Shown here one piece after another: positions 11,701-21,600 of a stretch of 40,765 nucleotides of DNA (positions are counted from its first letter, which is position 1; every line of letters begins with the position of its first letter). The stretch is from a virus (lineage: Duplodnaviria > Caudoviricetes): IMG/VR virus record IMGVR_UViG_3300012953_000067, positions 1 to 40,765 of that record. One strand, 5' to 3'. The notes under the pieces were generated by a model, which was given only the letters and a program-made list of their open reading frames with translations, had not been told where the DNA came from and did not search any database. The translations under genes and the position numbers were made by a program.

Positions 11701-14030
11701 ACGATGTTTCTGAGGATTTTGATGGTCAAACTGCTAAATTCTTTTTAACTAAAGATGGAAATGAAATATCAGGTATTCAAACAAACTATGGAATGGTTTT
11801 GGTTAATAATATATTCCAAGATCTTCATTATGGTGAAGGTGGTTCTAGTTTGACAGATTCTGATTATAGAATAGTAGGAGCTGGAAATTCTATTGATTTT
11901 ACTGGAACTGCAAACAATTCTGACCTTCCTAAAGGTGGAATTATTAATGAGTATAGTGTATTTGCTGGAGTTGGTATTCAATCTGCCTATGGTGCTGTTG
12001 GTGTTGCTTCTGTAGGTGCTGGTGGAACTATTAGGGAAGTAAGTATAGGAAATAGTGGTTCTGGTTATAGAGTTGCACCTAGAGTTGGTATTGCAATCAC
12101 TAATTATCACTTTGCACATAATTTTGTTAGTGCATCACCAAATTGTCTTACTGCAGGTGGTGGAGCATCAGGAACCCTTACTCCAACATTCGCAACTTAT
12201 GATTCAATAACAGGTGATTTGGTATTAACAATTCCTGATCATACTCTAACAACTAGTAATACCGTTCAGATTGCTAACGAAACATTAGTATTCACATGTT
12301 CTAGAGATGGATTTGTTTCTAATAAGAAATATCCTAGAGCATCGGATCCTGTTGCTGGTATACAAACAGCAATTACCAATGCAAATGGGAATACAATTAC
12401 TGTTAATGTGGGTGCAGGAGCAGGAACAGGAGCAGCGTTTACTGCTTCAATAGACAATGGAATGATTACTGGAATAACAGTAACAAATCCTGGAAGTGGA
12501 TATACAGCAACATATCAACCAATTTTAGAAATTGACCCACCATCACCTTGGAGGGGACTACCATTAAAAGGTGGATTAGGAGTTGGAGCATCTATGGATG
12601 TTACTGTTGGTACTGCTGGAAGTGTTATTACTTTTGAACTTTCAAATCCTGGTTATGGATATAGTACTGGCGATGTTTTATCACTAGATCCTGTACCTTA
12701 TAAGGTTGGAGTTACTTCTGCACCATTTACAATTACAGTTAATAATAGGTATCAAGACAAGTTCTCTGGATGGAATTTTGGAAAACTATTAGAATTGGAT
12801 GATCTTAGTTACTTGTTTAATGGATTTAGAAGATCTTTCTTAATAACAAGAACAGTAAGTAATAGGGAATATTTCAGTATTATTGCTAAAGAGGGTTCTG
12901 GAATAGTTCTTGCCAACAATTTAATGATTTTCATTAATGATGTCCTACAAAAACCAGTTGTTGATTATAATTTCAATAAAGGTACTAGAATAACATTTAA
13001 AGAAGCACCTAAGAGAGGAAGTAAGTTTAGAATGTACTTATATGTTGCATCTAGAGATGATTATTTTGAAGTTGATGTAGATCAAACAATTAAAGAAGGT
13101 GATAGACTACAAATCCAACCTTGGTATTGGGGCAGTATCGTAGGACAAGATCAGAGAATAATTTACGAATTGCTTGCTTCTGATACTGTTGAAACTCAAA
13201 CATATAGTGGTGCTGGTATTAGAACTGATAACCTAGAAAGACCAGTAGTATGGACAAAACAAAAATCCGACACATACATTGATGGTGAAGTAATATCAAA
13301 AGCTAGAAATTATTTGGAACCCCAAATAATGCCTAATACTAATGTTATTGCTTCAGTTGCTGCTACTGATACTAAAATATATGTGAAGAATGTATACCCT
13401 ACATTCAGTCAATATGATGATATTGCTACTAATTTAAATAATATCAGAATTGTTGGATTGGGAACAACTGCTTTAGATAGTGGTAATGCTGAAAAATTCA
13501 AAGGAGTAACTTATTCTGGTGATTATGGACAGATACTTGCTATTACTACTAATACAATATCAAGTCCTATAGTTGCTGAACAGGTTAATTTCTTATTAAC
13601 TCCTGCTCCTGAATGCATATCAGATCATGCCAAACCTGGTATAGATACTGGGGATTACTTTGTAATTCAAGATATATTCCCCAATGTTGCAACAACTATA
13701 ACTTCTCTTGGGGTAAATACAAGTACAACGGTATCAGTTGGAATTGGTAGCATGAACACTGTATATCAAGCATATGCAGTTTCTGTTGGATCTTCTACTG
13801 TTGAAGTGACATGTAATGTCTCCTCTATATCAGGAATTACAACAACTGCTCTTCCTGCTCCATATCTTGGTGCTACTAACCGTAATGCAGGGTCATATAC
13901 ATGGGGAGCAATTAATGTAAGTAGAACTGCAATATCCACATCATTCGATTTCTTTAATCAAAATGGTTTGGCAGGTATTGAGACATCAGCATATGTGTCA
14001 AGAATTCTACCGTTGAAAACCTCTTTATAA
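2766..14030 (+). CDS. gp7: Giant baseplate wedge initiator gp7-like protein with many repeat modules (3754 aa)
   Basis: Position between gp6 and gp8; N-terminal FLEQYY and KDFYTSKGT..SIDLLFKVLY motifs; gp7-type HDNDYYQRFSY...W...H.SG motif near 10110-10220. Confidence 0.82.
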   Translation: MLDNNKVKISNILSSLIPDFIESDNPKFKEFLEQYYIFEEREYGTTNIADNLSEYKNITTLSDIETVRAQTIPAPGTLVPPQVVAVTVDVLSFDDTINVTHTKGFPDTYGLLKIDNEIITYTGKTATSFTGCARGFSGISAIETQGNPEFLTFSETESAEHTAGTVVLNLGFVFLGQFYNKFKGQFLPGVEKRPFASGLAVENILSRAKDFYTSKGTDTSIDLLFKVLYAKDVIIDKPFNNTISVSDAEWQVSDEIMVEALTGNPMNLKLYSLYQGSATDFSTSPTATGAISNVEEVFLGSKTYHRIFLSRDTVENQFHVNNRTKVLEKGITESVVTVDSTVGFGNTGFFWYPDALGTHRKVEYTSKSYNQFFGCVGIASTSLGKNTPIIGDQFIWGYENNDLAKVCQMRVVGSVVDAPKNEIEGTQFYSPADKIGVKFLGDTIDESDVRFNKWIYNNSIDFDVVITQTGPGGTEISGIDVNNKIITTIDKHSVKKLSYATIDVFEKFTGKVLDTNVKVTSITDNTIGYYGNGTQGILKNGVPVVGTHYTIRYNLRRTTPSIGLDYLLSDVPNTFVDKEENCIAAFSGYPSGDFNTTDRSKTFTSNDFGLVGSGITITNHEFLQGEKVYYQPLTASTGVIGANENRSGIDTGIYYISVVDDDHIKLSLTRQSIFTNDTLWDITPQSPAVGFPTGTGTDEHKITPYSLYDGRSLKNQNNLKRIRKTPVDAKNSKNIVGSVGVAVNGLELHSALSDDSVYYGQIDKINVFSPGKEYNIIDPPNVSVADSVGSGIKANVHLGNGYISDIVLTSSGWDYQDIPSVTITGGNGTNAECEAKMKYVTHSLSFNDTFVDVNLLVGDYGRFNLSKNHKLLQGEAVTYNVDPNGNPVGVGSTNVGLSTSVLTNGGTYYVIKNSNTSFSLALTKERAVAGINTIQFTTDGSGIHKITAKRKRRIVDTVTVKTPGKNFAYNKVDIDSYKYAPSTQVGILTTFTGISTENNYIYARNHNFKHGDVVTYSHNGTTISGLSTASYYKLTVIDRDNFKLSEAGTATSISNHNFDNKIYSDLTTIGVGTHTFTYPDVKVTIEGITAVGIGSTVLPSYLNATAYANLKGSVSNIFIKRGGIGYGSSTIINHIRQPNITLQTGQDARVGCIVDVNGAVVATVINDPGKDYSTPPILKVIGSGVFAKLKANVVDGKIDSIDIIDGGVKYTSGQTIIEVLPAGSEALFNADVHKWTINNVQRYSHILSSTVYQDTVQLKSTTKEKGNKICSFYPQKQLRMDLNDNLNSDKTEKISDLQHSPIIGWAYDGNPIFGPYGKPPGVGVKKMQSSYNIDAVSDSNLRPQYGNGYFVEDYFYDQNSGDLDEYNGKYLTPGESDDFPNGTYGYYASIQDTPTTTPTFPYLPFRHYNDTDEFNYELLRDQSDIYINTGEYKRNVTNYGYNVDNTRYSFHEDPLGSKTLLEIEEVRSAGVTSVSIDVAGDKYKVGELVSFSNPSSVSGTIKEIAGKQIETISLTETAIRNLKFQVIENQVTAFSTVPHNYLDSEIVQISGISSALFNHIEGTRVVGVKTVTTALSVGLANTVNTGLTTFIKLSESTISDRFNIGDVLKLGNEQMRILAKDHYNNRFRVARTQNGTTAVGSGIAVGTAVEKVPHEFTYKVKKKVKNKNLKFSRKYNFDGELAVGIGSTVKSTIVGYSGISTIYKSIPQGAIYLPGHQFNTGDELSYVAYGSTIKYANNTDLTPELDLAGIGSIYAIKFNDEFIGITTGNKVGISSDNVGFTTVLKYFTVASGHDHRFETIEDNITGESKRVQATVAVSTFTGPHGLSLNDDITFKITPDLTQTYAFKFDDTFNKLVTNHIGFTTNLVGVGIGTTNSLINLTNHGYNTGDQVIYTAANPIAPLVSNRIYHVIKISDSEIKLAANNYNATNKDPYDHIYFTNSGSGSQQLARIHPPLQFYRGNTVEFDVSDPSLSDFDINFYYDEKFESRFESDLIKKPSASEFGNTSASSKITIDVDETFPQILYYKLEGTGPKYTSTYPSSVDTEVPNHSKIKIVESDLNGTHRIAGIAETTFTVSLVGSAETTSYTSSGFSTAIYSTTSANARGGIHSLKVVNSLPVDTLPKVVSIATTAGSAAIFSERGDDIGEILNVGVVNQGVEYSSDKTLAPKADAYTILKLKNVYTLESVGIVTGGNNYTSPPIITSIGNPSILCSASILGNSVSDVEILANDSGLSKDLQMIPTVNSNGVKVISASSNFAVNTLFLRAPVTGFTTFPFIVGDEVYIENINITDNMDGYNSSDYGNRNFIVTEVDETGGQESIKYSIAGIGSTGGIYDTNNAFGRVVKIDDLAIFKPNLTKVEFVEGERITQDNGVYGYVVKDGWDPDAQTLKVKGNRGKFVADQKITSSLNNSKSIIQTVHDYDFNLTVDSIAPKSTDWETDKGKLNFDSQRIHDNDYYQRFSYAIKGEVPYETWKEPIRSLGHISGYKPFADYEVLNGLGTTVGFGTASGDVLLNVEMISESSVHDRYYYDFVSDDTPNPNLTKIITFGSKTLTDYSESRSNKVLLLKDIGDQFTGQTRTYTGEHKFIRSDGADKISKVSGGSGQLTATQGTSYDASTGVLTIVTTTAHKLVAGATISMADYSLVFRCDLDAFMTDHPYPRPTDPASTSNSKFNNGILAIGNTTETSFDVTVNNPIEGGQIVGLTTFALYTIGDADTLTSAASTERLFYKTVQPGIGVSVNTNTITLNGHSFSNGEPLEYSSNGGTRIGIATATIGAGTTTFLPDKLYAIVPVTDGVLDQKDFTVASSLSNANAGIALTITSIGTGNTHTFSVPSELATTRTVITIDNIIQSPLTSKVAIGISLSQAVGVGTTALWLQDISKIESGTLLRLEQEIMKVNTVGVGSTNSLNVDRGVMGTVAVAHTVGAGLTYLTGDYRIKDGNIHFSTPPYGPTGVSSNTTRSSFDGRAFYRLDYQYNTVFDDVSEDFDGQTAKFFLTKDGNEISGIQTNYGMVLVNNIFQDLHYGEGGSSLTDSDYRIVGAGNSIDFTGTANNSDLPKGGIINEYSVFAGVGIQSAYGAVGVASVGAGGTIREVSIGNSGSGYRVAPRVGIAITNYHFAHNFVSASPNCLTAGGGASGTLTPTFATYDSITGDLVLTIPDHTLTTSNTVQIANETLVFTCSRDGFVSNKKYPRASDPVAGIQTAITNANGNTITVNVGAGAGTGAAFTASIDNGMITGITVTNPGSGYTATYQPILEIDPPSPWRGLPLKGGLGVGASMDVTVGTAGSVITFELSNPGYGYSTGDVLSLDPVPYKVGVTSAPFTITVNNRYQDKFSGWNFGKLLELDDLSYLFNGFRRSFLITRTVSNREYFSIIAKEGSGIVLANNLMIFINDVLQKPVVDYNFNKGTRITFKEAPKRGSKFRMYLYVASRDDYFEVDVDQTIKEGDRLQIQPWYWGSIVGQDQRIIYELLASDTVETQTYSGAGIRTDNLERPVVWTKQKSDTYIDGEVISKARNYLEPQIMPNTNVIASVAATDTKIYVKNVYPTFSQYDDIATNLNNIRIVGLGTTALDSGNAEKFKGVTYSGDYGQILAITTNTISSPIVAEQVNFLLTPAPECISDHAKPGIDTGDYFVIQDIFPNVATTITSLGVNTSTTVSVGIGSMNTVYQAYAVSVGSSTVEVTCNVSSISGITTTALPAPYLGATNRNAGSYTWGAINVSRTAISTSFDFFNQNGLAGIETSAYVSRILPLKTSL

Positions 14031-14048
14031 TTAAAATCTTAAATCATA

Positions 14049-14056
14049 TATAAATA
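14049..14056 (+). promoter_or_regulatory. T4 late promoter TATAAATA
   Basis: Exact consensus, intergenic, 17 nt before the gp8 ATG. Confidence 0.85.
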
Positions 14057-14073
14057 ATCAAAAACATATTGCA

Positions 14074-15657
14074 ATGCCAGCCGTAATCACAGATCAGTTT
14101 AGAATATCAAATGCTGAAACTTTTGTTCAAAGTTTTGTCGGGGTAGGTACGACTGCAAATTATTATTATACTTTTTTAGCTCATCCAAATCCGCAAGGAC
14201 TCTATAATGAAGTTGAAAATTATGGAACGGATAATTGGAATACAATTCCTCCAAGTCCGAAAGACTCTTTTGAACAAGAGAATTCATATCATGATAGTAT
14301 GCTTTTCTTAAAAAAAGTTGGTGTTGAGGATGTAACTAGAATTATTCCGAGATATGATTGGCAAAATGGTTCTACATATGACATGTATAAACACAATTAT
14401 GATATTAATAATCCAACATCACAATCAAATTCTAAAACTCTGTATGAAGGCAAATATGTTGTAGTTAACTCTGAATATAAAGTATATCTCTGCATAAACA
14501 ATGGCACTGAACCAGAAAATGAAAAAGGTAAGAAATCTTTAGTTGAACCAAATTTTGTTTCTACAATACCCCAATCTGCATCGGTTAATGCACAAGATGG
14601 TTACTTATGGAAATATCTTTATACTATTTCTCCTGCCGAAGTTATAAAATTTGCTACTGATGATTATATACCTCTTCCTAAAAACTGGGGAGATACTAGT
14701 ACTATAACAGTGAAAAATGCTGCTGTTGATGGGGCATTACAAACTATAGTAATTACTAATAGGGGTTCTAATTATCAACTTAGTGATGGAACAACAATTA
14801 GAGTTCCAGTATATGGTAATGGTTCTGGTGGAGAGGCAACTGTAACTATTGCTAATGGAGAAGTTTCTACTGCTGTAATTACTTCTCCAGGAACTGGATA
14901 TACTAAAGCATTTATACGTGTTCAAAGTGGTGTTGAGGGATTAAATACCGATGCATCTGGAGATGCAATAGAAGCAACTAGTGGTACTGGAGCAACTTTT
15001 GAAATTCCATCTCCTCCAAAGGGAGGTCACGGTGAGGACATCTATAGAGAATTGGGTGCTCATAGAATAATGGTTTACTCCAAATATGATAGTGATCCTG
15101 ATTATATTATCGGAAATAACTTTGCTAGAGTTGGTGTTATTAAGAATCCTACCATATATGGTAGTGACACAGTGAGACTAAATACTGGAAATGCTACTGC
15201 TCTTGGAGCACTAAAGTTAGTTACTCCAGCAACAACTTCAACTGATAATTATAAAGTTAACACTAAAATAACTCAAACAGTCGGAGTTGGTTCAACAGCA
15301 GTAGCATATGTTGGTGCATACAGTAGGGTAACTAATGTCTTAAGATATTTCCAACCAGCTGGTCTTTCCACAAGTGCAACCTATGGTTATAAGGTTTTAC
15401 CTTTTAGTAATGCCGTTGGTGTTAACACTGTAATAGATTCAGCAAATGGACCTGATTTACCTTTAGATACATCATATACTGGTTCATCTGAAACTATATC
15501 AGGAAAAGTGATCCAATACGGTCAACAATTTACCAATGGAATTGCTCCACCTGACATTCAAAAATATTCTGGTGAAATAATCTATGTTGACAACAGAGCA
15601 CCAATAACGAGATCTACATCTCAAAAAGAAGAATTAAAAATCGTAGTAGAATTCTAA
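14074..15657 (+). CDS. gp8: Baseplate wedge subunit gp8
   Basis: MPAVITDQFRI.NA, PRYDW..G..YDMY, YKVYLCINNG, DGYLWKYLYTI, SGEIIYVDNRAPITRS..QKEELKIVVEF. Confidence 0.92.
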   Translation: MPAVITDQFRISNAETFVQSFVGVGTTANYYYTFLAHPNPQGLYNEVENYGTDNWNTIPPSPKDSFEQENSYHDSMLFLKKVGVEDVTRIIPRYDWQNGSTYDMYKHNYDINNPTSQSNSKTLYEGKYVVVNSEYKVYLCINNGTEPENEKGKKSLVEPNFVSTIPQSASVNAQDGYLWKYLYTISPAEVIKFATDDYIPLPKNWGDTSTITVKNAAVDGALQTIVITNRGSNYQLSDGTTIRVPVYGNGSGGEATVTIANGEVSTAVITSPGTGYTKAFIRVQSGVEGLNTDASGDAIEATSGTGATFEIPSPPKGGHGEDIYRELGAHRIMVYSKYDSDPDYIIGNNFARVGVIKNPTIYGSDTVRLNTGNATALGALKLVTPATTSTDNYKVNTKITQTVGVGSTAVAYVGAYSRVTNVLRYFQPAGLSTSATYGYKVLPFSNAVGVNTVIDSANGPDLPLDTSYTGSSETISGKVIQYGQQFTNGIAPPDIQKYSGEIIYVDNRAPITRSTSQKEELKIVVEF

Positions 15658-15660
15658 CAA

Positions 15661-18600
15661 ATGACACAGAATACTAATTTAAATATTTCGCCATATTTTG
15701 ACGATTTTGATGCAAATAAGAACTATAACAAAGTTTTATTTAAACCTGGATTTCCTGTTCAAGCAAGGGAATTAACTACACTTCAAACTATTCTTCAGAA
15801 TCAGATAGAGAAGTTTGGTCAATATTTTTTCAAAGAAGGTTCCATAGTTATTCCTGGTGGAACTCTCTATGATAATAAGTACTTTGCAGTAAGAGTTGAA
15901 TCACAATTTTTGAATATTCCAGTTAATGCATATACTAAAGTCTTAGCAGATAATAAAATTAAGATAAAAGGAGAAATAACAGGAGTAACAGCAACAGTAG
16001 TTAATAGAATTACAGAAGTAGAATCTGAAGATAATTTCAATACTCTATACGTTAAGTATACAGGATCTGGTAGTGATGGAGAAACAAGAGAGTTTCAGGA
16101 TGGAGAAAATTTAATTACTCTTTCTGACATTCCATATGCTAATACAAAGATTTCTGCAAATAGTACTTTTGCGAAGTGTAATGATACTGAAGCAACTAAA
16201 ACAGGTTGTTCTGCATCTATAACAGAGGGCATATATTTTATTAGAGGATATTTTGTCAAGGTTCCAACAGAAACAATAGTTTTAGATCAATATAGTAATT
16301 CTCCAAGTTATAAAATTGGACTTGCTATAACAGAAAAAATTATTTCTGCATCTGCTACAAATTCTGATTTATATGATAATGCACAAGGATTTTCCAATGA
16401 AGCAGCACCAGGTGCTGATAGATTTTCATTAGATGTAAAACTAACTAAGAAATTATTAGATGATCCAGACGATAAAAACTTTATTGAGTTAATTCGTGTT
16501 AATGATGGTGTTCTTGAGGCATTTAGTGATAGTCTTCCAGAATTTAATTTGTTTGCTGATGCATTAGCAAGAAGAACATACGAAGAATCTGGAGATTATT
16601 ATGTAAGACCATTCTCTATTGATGTAAGAGAGTCTCTTAATGATAGAATTTCTAATAGAGGATTATATCTAGAAAATCAAACAACACAGAATGGAAATAC
16701 TCCTTCTGATGACATTTTTTGTCTTCAGATGTCTCCAGGTAGAGCATATGTGAGAGGACATAGAGTAAATAAAGATTTTACCTCTGCAATTGATTCTGTA
16801 AAACCAAGAACTACTAATTTAAAGGAAGATGTTAGTGTACCAGTCAGAACTGGTAATATTGTTAGTGTTAATAATTTATTTGGAGCTCCAAAGATAGGAT
16901 TTACTTCTTCAACACAATATGCTATTGATTTGTTAGATAGAAGACTTGCATCTACAGGTTTAAAAGAAACTGCTGCTGAAACTATTGGTAAAGCAAGAGT
17001 ATATGACTGGATGGAGAAAGATATTACAACTCTTGGATTTACTACTACTAAGTATGAAGCTAGATTGTATGATATTCAATTATATACTAAAATAAATGTT
17101 GGATTTGCATTAACTACTACTGCAAATGACCATGTTGAAGGAAAACATAGTGGTGCAATTGGATTTGTAGTAAGTAGCACTTCTAATTCTAGAGATTTAA
17201 GTTTACAAGATGTTAGAGGTCAATTCCATATAAATGAACCATTATTACTTAATGGAGTTGATATTGGAAGAAATGTTGGTGTATCAACAGACCATAGTTT
17301 TGAAGATGTAAAAGCAGTTCAAAATTCTGTTGGTATTAATACATTTGCTGCTGATTTAGATTTAGATCGTAAGAAACAAGTATTCAGTGAAGGTGTTGAG
17401 TTTGTTATAAGTGGTGGTAATTCGTTAGCATCTGGTTCAATTGCTGATTTTAGAGGTCAATTACACATTGGTGATATTATCTCATATGGAACATCAGGTC
17501 AAACTGTTCCTACATTTAATAGAGTTACACAAGTTACTCAAAATACTGTAAGTCTTGCATCAGTTGCAGATGTATCTGGTGTTTGTGATGGTAGTGTTAA
17601 TAATGAAACTAGATCTGGTTTAAGTGTTGTAATTCCAACTCTAAATGATGCTGATAAGGTCGGTTTTAGAGTTCCTCTTGCTGATAGATATGTTTCATCA
17701 ATGAATGTACTGGATTCATCCTATGTACTAAGAAGGCAACTTGATGCTACTGCTAATGGTTCTGGAGTTGTGGTATTTAATTTAGCAGATACTAATGATG
17801 ATAATTTATTCTTTGAACCATATACATCTGATGATTTTATTCTTAACCGTGCTAGTGATGGTGCTACTGCTAATGGTGATAGAGTTAATGTTCAAAAAGT
17901 ACAAGTTACTGAAGATGCTGGATTAAGAACTTTAACAATTTCTGGTCTATCTGCAAGTAAAGGATATACTTTAACTGCGACATTAAAAAGAAGTAAATTA
18001 TATTCTAAAGCTAAGAAAATTGTAAGATGTAGTGATCTTATTGTAAGAAAATCTAAGTATGATGGTGCTGGTATAGGAGTAAGTTTTACCTTTAATGATG
18101 GATTAAATGTTGATGCAAGTGGCAGTGTAATTACAGCTGGTAATAGAAAAGGATATGGAACTAGGGTACAGGACAGAGAAATTTCTTTAAATTATCCAGA
18201 TATACACAGAGTTCTTGCTGTTTTTGAATCTAATGATACAACAGACCCTACTCTTCCATCATTGACAGTAAATATTGCTTCTCAATCTGATGTATTTACT
18301 GGTAATAATGTTACTATTGGAGAGCAGATAATTGGTAATTCTTCAGGAGCTCTTGCTCGTGTAGTAAGGGTTGTTAGTTCTAATCAATTAGAATATGTTT
18401 ATGAAAATGAAAAGAGATTTGAAGTTCAGGAACTTATTACATTAAAATCTTCTTCAATTATTGGTAACATTAGTATATTGGTAACTGGTGATAGAAATAT
18501 CTTGAGTGATTTTAATGTTGATAAAGGTCATAGAGCAGAATTTGTAGATTATGGAAGACTTGTCAGAAAGAAAGATTCTCCAGAACCTACTAGAAGAATT

Positions 18601-21600
18601 AGAATAATATTTGATTATTATAGTACTGATGAAAGTGTTGGTAGCATTGAAACTGTTGGTAGTTATGATACATTAAACTACACAACAGAAATACCTTTTG
18701 TTATTGATAATAGAGCATCTGATTTTATTGATTTAAGACCAAGAGTATCATCTCCTTATTCTGGAAATGCTTCACCATTTACTTTTGCAAATAGAGATTT
18801 TACAGGATCTAAAACAGAAACATTAGTAAGTAATAAAAGTTTTATTATAGATTATAGTCATTACCTTGGAAGAATTGATAGATTATATCTAACAAAAGAT
18901 GGTATTTTTGAGTTAAAGAAAGGGGAACCAGCTATTAAACCAAAAGCACCTACTAGAAATGATGAAGGATTTGAAGTAGCATTGATAACAATGGAACCTT
19001 ACCTATTAAATGCAGGAAGAAATGTTGGTGTCAAAATGATTCCACATAAGAGATATACTATGAGTGATATTGGTGGTCTTGAGCATAGAATTAAGAATCT
19101 TGAAAATTATACTACACTTTCTCTTCTTGAAACTGATACTAAGAACTTATCAATAAAAGATCCTAACACTGGATTAGATAAATTTAAATCTGGTTTCTTT
19201 GTAGATAATTTCAGGAATCATGCATCTCATAATTTGACTGGTGAGTCTCAGTTTGATATTGATTTAAAAACTGGTGAGTGTAGACCAAGAACAACAGAAA
19301 GAAACGTTGCTTTGGTATTTGAAACTAAATCTTCAAAGCTTGCTCCAAAATCTACTGATTATCGTTTTGTAACTGATTTTGATAATGCAGATATAGTAAG
19401 GAAGGGTGCAGGTTTAACTTTAAAATATGATGAAGTAGAATTTATTAATCAACCACTAGCAACAAGAGTAGAAAATTTAAATCCATTTGCTGTTGTAGTA
19501 TATTCTGGAACTCTTGAATTAACTCCAGCATCTGATTTCTGGATTGATGAAATAGTAGGACCAGCAGAAACTATCAACATGGGTGATGGTGTATTTAATG
19601 CCATTGCAGAAATTATGGGTGTTGAAGACAGGGAAAATGGTGGTATGTCTACTGGTGTCTTTAATTCTACAGAAACTACATGGGGTGAAGCGGAACTTAT
19701 TAGTGAAGAAATAGTAGATTCAACCATTGTTAGTCAAGGTGAAGAAGAAACAGTAAGGTTACGTGGAAATGGTATAAGAGATATTACTACAAGAACAGAT
19801 ATAGTTGCCAATGATTTCTTACAAACTTTCTCAGCAAGTGGAATAGAAAAAACATTTGGTGCTGAATTGACAGTAGGTACAGAAAATGTAAGTCTAGGAC
19901 CAAAAGTTACTGGTACTGAAATTCTTTACAACTGTAGGTCTAGAAATATTGAGGTAGTTGGTACTAGATTAAAACCAAATACTCGTTACTATGTTTTCAT
20001 GGAAAACGTTGATGTTACAGATTACTGTGTTCCTAAATTGATTCCAGTAACAATGGTTAGAGGATCATTTGAAGCTGGAGACACAATTACCAATGTCGGA
20101 CCACAAATACAAGTGCTTGGTGTTGCTGGAATTGATTTTAGAGCAGCACAAGTTAACCATAGATTTGGACCTTATAATTCTCCTACAGAAACATATGCAT
20201 TAGAACCATATACTCAAAGTGAACTAACATCAGCATATTCGGCAACTAGTAACGTTATAAACGTTGATACCTATGATCTTGCAGATCAAAGAACAATTGA
20301 GCGTTCTGGTTGGGTTACTGAAGGTATGCGTCTTGCTAATACTGATGGAACTGCAGAATGTACAGTAAATGCTATAAGTTTAATGAGTGATGATTTTGGT
20401 AATCTATTATTCTCATTACATATCCCAGATCCTTCTATTGCAAGTAATCCTAAGTTTACAACTGGATTAAGTACCATTAGAGTTACTACTAGTTCTACAA
20501 ACGCAGCAATACTAGATCCAAACGAAGCTTCTGCACAAACAACATATCTTGCATCTGGTTATGCACAGTATAGTGTAGAGCAGACACTTTCAATCAAGAT
20601 ACCTGAAGTCGAAAGAATGCAAATTGGAACTGATCAACCAGTTACAAGAATAACGACAGATCTGGACGTTCAAGTAGAAGAACAACGAGTAACTGTTGAT
20701 GATACTGGATGGTTTGACCCTCTTGCACAGTCATTTATTGTACCTAGAGATAAGTATGCCGATGGTATGTATATTACTAGTGGAGAACTATACTTTAAGT
20801 CTAAAGATGATAGTAATGTAACTGTTCAAATAAGAGAGTTAGATGAAGGTGGTAGACCATCTATGACTGTTGTACCTTTTGCAGAAACTACAATTACTCC
20901 AGGAAGTACTGCTATTTCTAATGATGGATCTGTTGGAACAGGATTTACATTCTCTGTACCAGTTTATTTAAGAGGGGATGGTAGATACGCATTAACTATA
21001 ATTACACCAACAATTGGATGGAATACATTCATTACAAGAATGGGTGAACCAGATCTACTTACAGATAGATTGAATGATAAGCAACCATCTCTTGGATCTT
21101 TATTTAAATCACAGAATAACCAACTTTGGACTGCTAGTCAACAAGAAGATTTGAAGTTTAAATTAAATAAAGCAAAATTTGTAACTGGAAAGTCTGCTTC
21201 TGTTGTATTATACAACCATGATTTAGCTTTAGGTAGAATTAGGAAAGAAAATCCAATAGTTGCATATTCCAAACAAAAGACTCTTTCTATTACACAAACT
21301 ACTAGAAAGTTTGATCAAGGAACTAAGATAGAACAGACAAATTCTGGTGTAACAAGTAAAGGTTATGTACTTAAAAGTGGCGGACCACTAGATTTAATGA
21401 CAGCTGCCAACTCATTAACTGTTGTTGCTAATACTGGAACATCTTTAACTGATGGAACACATACTGGAGTTCCATTTACCACTCTAAGTGGTATTGGTGC
21501 TGGAGCACTAGCAACTGTGGCAGTTAGTAGTGGAGTAGTTTCTGGTATTACTGTAACAACTGCTGGAAATGGATATGCTCAAGGTGATTTATTAGTTAGT

